From: Eledone cirrhosa
Taxonomy: Eukaryota
Direction: 5' to 3'
DNA length: 64,000 bases
Assembly (NCBI GenBank): GCA_964016885.1
Contig: OZ024742.1
Coordinates: 362,638,001 to 362,702,000, forward strand
Notes under the pieces: model-generated
Told to the model about the DNA's origin: nothing
The model's input: the letters and a program-made list of their open reading frames with translations, nothing else
Databases searched by the model: none
Made by a program: the position numbers and the translations under genes
Shown here: positions 56,030 through 64,000 of the stretch, in pieces
Layout: the number at the start of each line of letters is the position of its first letter
Numbering within the stretch: position 1 is the stretch's first letter

Positions 56030-56427
56030 ATGATGTAGTTTAAAGTTACGTCACTGTTAGAAACCTCTTTTGAGGATGTCGTTTACTTCACATTGGATAA
56101 ATATTGAAATATTCAATCTAGATGGAGACATATGCAATGCTTTTATGTAATTCTCAGTGACGCTGATAAGGGGATAACAGTCCTATTTAAGTCCTTCCCT
56201 TCATCTCTTATCTAGCTCTCATTTCAGTTGTCTGTAATGCTTTCATAAGTAATGGATATTTGTCTTGTTGTAAAGATCAAACCAACATTCACCTGTTCCT
56301 TACTGTTTCTAGTGAAAATATTTAGCTTTAAATGGAGTCTCAGCTTTAAATTCTTGGCCTGATACCGGGATTGTATAAACTTGATATGGACGTCATTAAA
56401 TTTATATAGTTGCATTTATCTAGTGAG

Positions 56428-56570
56428 ACTGCGAATTGGCAGAATCATTTCAGTGTCGGATACATTGCTTTGTGGTATTCATTCCGGCTCTCTGCATTCT
56501 TAGTTCAAACCCCGCCGAAATCTACTTTACCTTTTATCCTTTCGAGTCCAGCGCGTCCTCTACGCCGTCG
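56428..56570 (+). mobile_element. tRNA-derived SINE relic (resembles Octopus SINEs from recall)
   Basis: A-box-like tggcagaatc, B-box gttcaaacc at 56503-56511, then tactttaccttttatcctttcg. Confidence 0.6.
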
Positions 56571-56979
56571 TCCGGGAAGAGGTGGGGTGGCTATTTATTC
56601 TGTTCGCTGGGGCTACGAGGCAGACTGACCCTTAAATTTAATTTATGATGTTGGCGTATATATATATATATATATATATATATACGTCTTATGGTAGCTA
56701 AGATGCGTCCATAGGTGGTATGCCGGTTGAGCACTCTATGCTCCTACGGAACAGAGTATGATAGAATAGAAAACGAAGAATCAGTGATGCAATTTATTAC
56801 GTATTACAATTGTTTCTCGGGCGAACAGCTCGAGGTGCGGTCTATTTGTGAATCGAACCTGCGAATCCAGAGCCAGGTTCAATCCATACACAGTTCGCAC
56901 CTGGAGCTGTTCGCCGGGGAAACAATTGTAATACGTAATAAATTGAGTTCCGATGCATCACTGATTCTTCGTTTTCCAT

Positions 56980-57012
<33 letters not shown>

Positions 57013-57155
57013 TTATTAAAATAACAGATTAAAGTTTAATGGTTCTTATATATTTTATATATATATATATATATATAACGAAGGAGTTGTGGTAAGGAAC
57101 CAGATGGACCAAAACACACCAGAGTACTCAATACTTAGTGTAGTTGAGTGGGTAA

Positions 57156-57261
57156 TAGGAAAATGAATTATGACCCTGACGGCACAGCTCAAGCCGTTTC
57201 GACGGCTATTTCTGGACTCCGCCGAAACGGCTTGAGCTCTGCCGTCTGGGTCATACATTTT

Positions 57262-57265
<4 letters not shown>
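57156..57265. repeat. 110-bp hairpin (MITE-like) bounded by TA
   Basis: taggaaaatg..tgaccctgacggcacagctcaagccgtttcg pairs with cgaaacggcttgagctctgccgtctgggtca..cattttccta. Confidence 0.8.
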
Positions 57266-57341
<76 letters not shown>

Positions 57342-57595
57342 TGTACGTGTGTGTGTCCCCGTGTCTGCCCTTGATTATGTCCCATACACTTGAAAACCTG
57401 ACAAAGAGATCGATAAAATAAGTACAAGACCTGAAAAAATAATTGATGTTGCGGTATAATAAACTAAATTCTGCTGGGAAATAGATCGAAAGATTGCTGA
57501 ACAAACAGTTATACATACATCTACACGCACATATATATGTAAATATATATGTATATATATGTATATACACACATACATATATTTATATATATATA

Positions 57596-57688
<93 letters not shown>
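57264..57688. repeat. (TA)n tracts (57264-57338, 57532-57688)
   Basis: Direct reading. Confidence 0.97.
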
Positions 57689-57690
<2 letters not shown>

Positions 57691-58515
57691 TAGTAGCAGT
57701 ACCCAGCGTTGCCTGGGTAGGTAAAATAATATCTGCTTTGATGAAAAGGTGTTGATCTTAGCGACTGCTCTCGATGACTCATCTATGGCCACACACAGGC
57801 CATGCGGGGGAGGGTGGTGATGACTTCTATCACTGAGAAACGCGGGTGACTAACGAAGGGGCATGCTGGGGGAGGCAGGTAATGACCTCTAACACTAAGC
57901 CAAATTTCCTTACGCTACTTGATTGGAAACCGATGAATTCTCAAATACACAACTAAAAGTTCAGACGACGTCAGTGGCCATCGTTTTTCTTTGACCATCT
58001 ATAAGATGTACAATGATAGGTTCTATCGTAGTATAAAAGTTGAGCCAAATAAATTGATTTGTGTGTGAGGTGGAGCCGAAGTTTCGAATTTGAATGAAAT
58101 CGATTGAGAAATGTGGGAGCTAGAGCCCAAAAGGCGGACATTTGAGCGAAAAGGTGGTATTTTCGAATATTTTAGCGGCTGCCACGCCGTTCATGAACAA
58201 CGAATGTAACATATAAAGCCAGTACCGGATGTGCAATGATAAATTCTATTTTGCTTTAAAATTTGAACGAAATCGGTGGCAAGACGTGGGAGCTAGTGCC
58301 AAAAATCTTATTTTTCGATACCTAAAAAAAAGGTGACCCCCTATCGATTTTTATCTGCAGAATGACCCCGGAATAAAGAAAACGATATGTTGATATACAG
58401 AAAACACTCACCGCTGACTAATCTATGAGCCCGTAAAGATTTATGAAAATCTGTCGTAAGATGTAGGCCCCTATAGGTAATACACAGACACACTTAATTT
58501 TATATATATACAGAT
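57689..58515 (+). mobile_element. Non-autonomous Helentron/DINE-1-like element inserted in (TA)n
   Basis: ACTAG start with subterminal hairpin tacccag-cgttgc-ctgggta; internal repeated aaatcg..gtgggagctag motif; ends acagacacac..ttttatatata; partial inverted copy at 61837-62085. Confidence 0.55.
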
Positions 58516-58896
58516 ACATATATAAATATGTATAACCCTACAGATACATATATAAATATATATAACCCTACCGATGCGCTGAACGACTATGACATTTTAG
58601 TCCAGCCAGCGACTTGAAAACTCTGGTACAAACACTACACTTGTGACAATTATTGACACATAGTGCTGGGCCCATGGTACCATGTGACGACAAGTGCAGA
58701 GAGATCTCCAGATATAAAGCAATGCCTGTGCTGTGAAGCTTTTATAGTGAGCAAAGGCACTGCACAAAGCCAGTCCCACTCTCTTAACCAAGATGATATT
58801 TACCAAAAAGAAGAACAAGTCAACATCATTGGATACCATCAGGGTTGCAGGTGTTATATCAGAGTTTTCCTTCTAGAATTCTGCCTTAACAAAGGC

Positions 58897-59368
<472 letters not shown>

Positions 59369-60346
59369 GTATGTATGTGTGTTTGTGTGAGTCTGTGAGT
59401 GTGCATAATATAATATATAATATAATACATATACATCTACACATTTATAAATAAAATGTTCGCTCTACATGGCTGAAAACAAGAGCAATATGAGGGGGTC
59501 ATTCTACTGAAATGGCTTTAAAAAAGAAGCTGTTTGCATAATTGCATACGAATCGAATATTATTAATATTCGAAAAACTCAGATTTCATATAACAATAAA
59601 TTATTATCTGCTGGAAACAAAATGGCGTAGGACAGAACAAAGGAGAGGCACAGAAACAAAGAAAGGAATCCCCAGTCACTGAAGAGGTTACAGAGTGTGT
59701 GACGAAAGAACTATGACTATATATAAACAACTATCTGGTTGTGGAACCAACCAACCAACCATAAATTTATAAATTTATAAATTTATTATAAATTTATTAT
59801 AAATTTATTATAATAAATTGAAGTGAAAGCAACTGGTGCGTGTGTTTCTTATTGGCAACATGACCCTCCCAAAGTATAACAATAAATTATTGTTTTACTT
59901 AATTTCAATACTGTATATAGTGTGATATGTATATCCCACCGTAACAGAGTGGGATCTCTTTTAGTGGACGTTGATATCCCCGTATGTCTTGTTGAGTAAC
60001 CAAACCTCCACCATGTCTTAAACAATAAAATAATAAAGTTGAAATTTTAAATTTATTTTTCCGATAGTTCCAGAGTGCAAAACTCTCTATATATTGTTTA
60101 ATCGAATCCATTTCTGTAATTTTACAACATTTGTAACGAGAAAAACCAGCCATCTCTCTTCTGTATTGGTAGGTACATAACTTGATAGAGTGTTTTAGCT
60201 AATGTAATTTGTAGATATTGTCACATAACAAATATTTGATGTGTTCTTTACTTGGTCAAAAGAAAGTGAAGGAAATATAACTTTAAAGTACGTTGTATTC
60301 CAATAATGTAATCTACGGAATAACTATCAATTCCCCCCCCCCTCTC

Positions 60347-60350
<4 letters not shown>

Positions 60351-60442
<92 letters not shown>

Positions 60443-60456
60443 CATACATATATATA
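60351..60456. repeat. (TA)n tract
   Basis: Direct reading. Confidence 0.97.
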
Positions 60457-60741
60457 CAAACAAATTAACTCGAAAATCTAGCTTTGAGACGCGTGTGTAT
60501 AAGAATTCTCAGGAAAATGGAAAAACTCGGCGTATGGAATCTGGAAAAAAGAGAAGATGGGAAGGAGGAAGACGTGTTCTCATTCATCCATTCTATTTCC
60601 TCCATCTTATCTTCTCTTCCTTCGAGTCAACTCACATCGAAGCACTGGCCTCTGTCTTTCCAGGTAATATTTTACCCAACACCGCTTCGACGGTATTTTC
60701 GTGTTTTAACAGATTCCACACGCCGAGTTTTTCCATTTTCC

Positions 60742-61414
60742 TGAGAATTCATATAAGGGAAACATTAGAAATAAGAGGGATCAGATGTTGTTTACTTGAG
60801 AGAAGGCTACGTTGGTATGGTCACGTGGTGCGCATGAAAGACGACAGCTGTATACAAAAGTGCAGGGCAATAAAAATAGACGGTAGCCAAGGAGTAGGCA
60901 GACCCAGAAAAACCTGGGACGACTTGATAAATTCCGACCTCACACACTTACACCTCTCCAAGACAATGTCACTGGACCGAGATCTTTGGCGCTACACAGT
61001 AGTAGAGAAGACCCGCCTTAGCTAAATACAAATAAAACCTACTACAGTCAGTAGGCACCTCTAACAAAATACACCCCGTCCCACTACCCCCACCCCATCC
61101 ACACCACCTCCTTAAATGTGAAGTTATGTTGGTACCACAACATCCAGTCCGAAACAAAATGAGGTCGTGTAGGTGTCACGACAAAAAAACACACAGTCCA
61201 CGCTGTAATGTGGCCGTGTAGGTAACACGGTAAAAAGCTCCCAGTCCACACTGTAAACGTGGTTGGTGTTAGGAAGGGCATCCAGCCGTAGAAAATCCGC
61301 CAGACAGTCCTATGCGAGCAAGACAACCACTCTTGCCTCAAGTGGTAAAACTCCCGTCCAAACCCATGCAAGCGTGGAATATGGACGTTAAACGATGATG
61401 ATGATGATGATGAT
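60742..61414 (+). mobile_element. 5'-truncated RTE-clade LINE 3' end with (GAT)n tail
   Basis: C-terminal motifs RRLRWYGHVVRM, GRPRKTW and DRDLWR in ORF 60495-61025; 3'UTR ending ggacgttaaac(gat)n. Confidence 0.8.
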
Positions 61415-61525
61415 ATATATATATATTTAAAGGTTAAACAAGGTTCAATGAATAAATCAAAGAATGAGTTTTACAATAGATTGGAAGCACTCAACAAGTT
61501 GGTTTTCCGGAGTTATTAATATTAA

Positions 61526-61828
61526 TTCAAAATATTAACAAAAATAGACATTCGTGTGACCAATTATATTTTATTATACATATTTCAGAGGTACTGAGCT
61601 ATCTTCAACAGTACGTCACCATCAGATAAAATAAGATGATGCATGACATACCTTGACATAGTAGATGGTTATGACTGAATCTTAACCATCTACTATGTCA
61701 GGGTATGTCATGCATCATCTTATTTTAACTGATGAGGACGTACTGTTGAAGAGAGCTCAGTACCTCTGAAATATGTATAATAAAATATACTTGATCACAC
61801 GAATGTCTATTTTTGTTAATATTTTGAA
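61526..61828. repeat. ~300-bp near-perfect palindrome (arms ~147 bp)
   Basis: Arms are reverse complements with about 7 mismatches; centre ~61677. Confidence 0.95.
61721..61787 (+). ncRNA. Putative minimal type I hammerhead ribozyme (mirror copy on minus strand 61567-61633 has a CUGAUGG core)
   Basis: TATTTTAA-CTGATGA-stem II (GTACTG/CAGTAC)-GAA-ATATGTAT-A-ATAAAATA. Confidence 0.6.
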
Positions 61829-61836
61829 AATATATA

Positions 61837-62085
61837 TCACCTTTTTTAGGTATCGGAAAATAAGAATTTTGGCTCTAGCTCCCACAATTTGCCACCGATT
61901 TCGTTTAAACTTTAAAGCAAAATAGAATTTATCATTGCACATCCGGTAGTCGCTTTATATTTTGCATTTGTTGTTCAGGGACGGCGTGGTAGCCGCTTAA
62001 ATATTGAAAAATACCACTTTTAGACTCAAATTTCAACTTTTTCGGCTCTAGCTCCCACATTAATCAACCTACTTTGTTCAAATTT
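61837..62085 (-). mobile_element. Inverted partial copy of the 57689-58515 element
   Basis: Reverse complement of ~58087-58336 with scattered substitutions. Confidence 0.8.
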
Positions 62086-62119
62086 ATATATATATATATA
62101 TATAATATTAAGGATACTA

Positions 62120-62195
62120 TTTATAGTTATGTATATTTTAAACTTTTTATAGTTATGTATATTTTAAACTTTTTATAGTTATGCATATTTTAAAC
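62120..62195. repeat. Short tandem repeat, about 3 copies of tttatagttatgtatattttaaac
   Basis: Direct reading. Confidence 0.85.
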
Positions 62196-62296
62196 CATAA
62201 ACAGGGAAGGTCAGTAATATATTACTACCTTATTACCAGTAAGATACATAGCTCAATGTAATAACATCAGTTGTTCTACAGAGCAGTTATATAGAA

Positions 62297-62999
62297 TTCA
62301 CAAGAATCAAAGCTATGTTCAAAGCATTTATTCACTTACAATTGTTTCATCCAAACGTAGGCTTGGAATCTTCGGAGCATTTTTCAATCTTTGTACATAT
62401 AATTGACCTACTATCCAACGCAAGAGACATACAGATACATATATATATATTGATGTACAGTGGAGTGACATATATTATACTATACTATATTTGTACAGCA
62501 ATTCAAATTCAAAATCAAAATCAAAATTAAAATTAAAATTAAAATACATTCGGCAGATAACATAGACAATGCAAGAGGATAGTTTGATAGTCAGATTTAG
62601 TAGGTAGTGTAGGCGTTAGTCACACATGGAGCATGCAAGTATGTCTCATTTACATACACACTTGCATACTCCATGTGTGACTAATGCATACACTACCTAC
62701 TAGATCTGACTATCAAACTATCCTCTTGCATTGTCTGTGTTATCTGCCGAATGTATTTTAATTTTAATTTTAATTTTGATTTTGAATTTGAACTGCTGTA
62801 CAAATATAGTATAGTATAATATATGTCACTCCACTGTACGTCAATATATATATATATGTATCTGCATGTCTCTTGCGTTGGATAGGAGGTCAATTATATG
62901 TACAAACATTGAAAAATGCTCCGAAGATTCCAAGCCTACGTTTGGATGAAACAATTGTATGTGAATAAATGCTTTGAACATAACTTTGATTCTTGTGAA
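62297..62999. repeat. ~700-bp near-perfect palindrome (arms ~348 bp, ~11-nt loop)
   Basis: Mirror ORFs 62315+ and 62841- translate almost identically; centre ~62650. Confidence 0.95.
62917..62963 (+). ncRNA. Hammerhead-like motif with variant core CCGAAGA (mirror copy on minus strand 62333-62379)
   Basis: CCGAAGA-T-TCCAAG/TTTGGA-T-GAA-ACAATTGT(palindrome)-A; GUA cleavage triplet; short stem I. Confidence 0.45.
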
Positions 63000-63040
63000 C
63001 TCTCTCTCCCTCTCTCTAGCTCTCTCTCTCTCTCTCTCTC

Positions 63041-63093
<53 letters not shown>

Positions 63094-63139
63094 ATATATA
63101 TATATATATATATAATTTATATATATATATATAATATAT
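63000..63139. repeat. (CT)n then (TA)n microsatellite
   Basis: Direct reading. Confidence 0.97.
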
Positions 63140-64000
63140 GTTTCTTTTATTTGCCACTAGGGCATCAAAAGTGGGACAAGTACAAAGGGGGGAGTTTACA
63201 CAAAAAGGCGTCCTCAATAAGGAGGAGGCAATAACAAAATATAAAAATAAAATAAGATATAATAAAAAATAAAATTTATAACAAAATACTCAATAGAGAG
63301 GAGGCGCCTTGGGGGGGGTCGCACACACCCCCGAAAAAAGTGTGCAACCCTTCTCCTCAGGAGCACAGAGAAGGGGTGCTCCCTTGGTCTTTCATCTTCC
63401 TCACCTATAGTCTGATGTAGAGTGAAGGCCCATTCACACGGGCCATTCTCGCCACTTTCACCCATCTTTCATAGAAACGGCTGGGGTGCAGCACCTCTCT
63501 CTCCATCCTGATCCTTCTTCCGAAATGATAACGGAAGAAACGGACCAGTTGTTGGCCAGAGAGAAAGGTGCCTGACCTCAGTCCTTTCAGACGCGTCCAC
63601 CATACAACCTCTTTCGCCATGGCTATTACGCACAGAAACACCGCCTCTGCTTCATCTTTGAAGGGGGGAGGCGGCTTGATCATTACAATAGACTCGGTGG
63701 TCAACCGGATCGGTCCCGCCCTTGACAGCAGTTGTTCGACATAGCCCCACAGATCGGCTACGCCCGAGCTGTGTACCAATGCGTGTGCAACGGTTTCCTC
63801 GTCGCACACGCATCTGGGACAGATCTTTTTGGCGGGGTCCCTACCCGGGCGCCCGTGTCTGTAGAGCCTTTCTCGAACGGGTAAAGCCCCTCGGTAGCAC
63901 TGCCAGGCCAGGGACTTCTGGAAGTTGTCCATAGGTCCCGGGCTGAATGTCCTACCGAACAGGCTGGCCAGTTCGTCCTCCTCCATGTCTAGGGCTTCTC
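63140..64000 (-). mobile_element. 3' end of a sister L1/Tx1 family (C); ORF2 C-terminus 63405->64000; continues right of the window
   Basis: LFGRTFSPGPMDNFQKSLAWQCYRGALPVR, CPRC, VWWTRLKGL shared with family A; different 3'UTR ending AATAAAAGAAAC-(AT)n. Confidence 0.9.

Noticed and set aside
56428-56520. tRNA gene
   Set aside because: A/B-box-like motifs are present but spacing is too long and there is no cloverleaf; better explained as a SINE head
57170-57250. Hammerhead in the 110-bp hairpin (CTGAC..CGAAAC)
   Set aside because: No CUGANGA core with correct stem II/III geometry on either strand

Overview
Eukaryotic (animal) genomic DNA with no recognisable host gene. The SINE and RTE-tail sequences in the right flank resemble cephalopod (Octopus-like) repeats; this is from recall, not a search. 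Positions 1-54743 are an unbroken array of 14 non-LTR retrotransposon insertions separated only by (TAA)n tracts (13 tracts visible; one more was lost in a deletion). Two unrelated clades share this target with strictly opposite polarity. All 7 L1/Tx1-type copies (ORF1 with CCHC; ORF2 APE-RT-CCHC) are on the minus strand: three have intact ORFs, and one carries a swapped 5'UTR/ORF1. All 7 R4/Dong-type copies (single ORF, RT-CCHC-restriction-like endonuclease; families D1 and D2) are on the plus strand. Notable element-level signals: a conserved GTAAGT donor overlapping the Tx1 ORF1 stop that could splice in frame into ORF2; a TGA-ATG stop-start splitting the D1 ORF in two separate insertions; and a 5' leader with a GTAAGT donor shared by the divergent D1 and D2 families. 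The flank (54828-64000) is AT-rich. It holds (TA)n/(GAA)n/(CT)n microsatellites, SINE relics, a Helentron-like element, an RTE 3' end, two long palindromes whose arms carry minimal hammerhead-ribozyme-like motifs, and the 3' end of a sister Tx1 family inserted in (TA)n.
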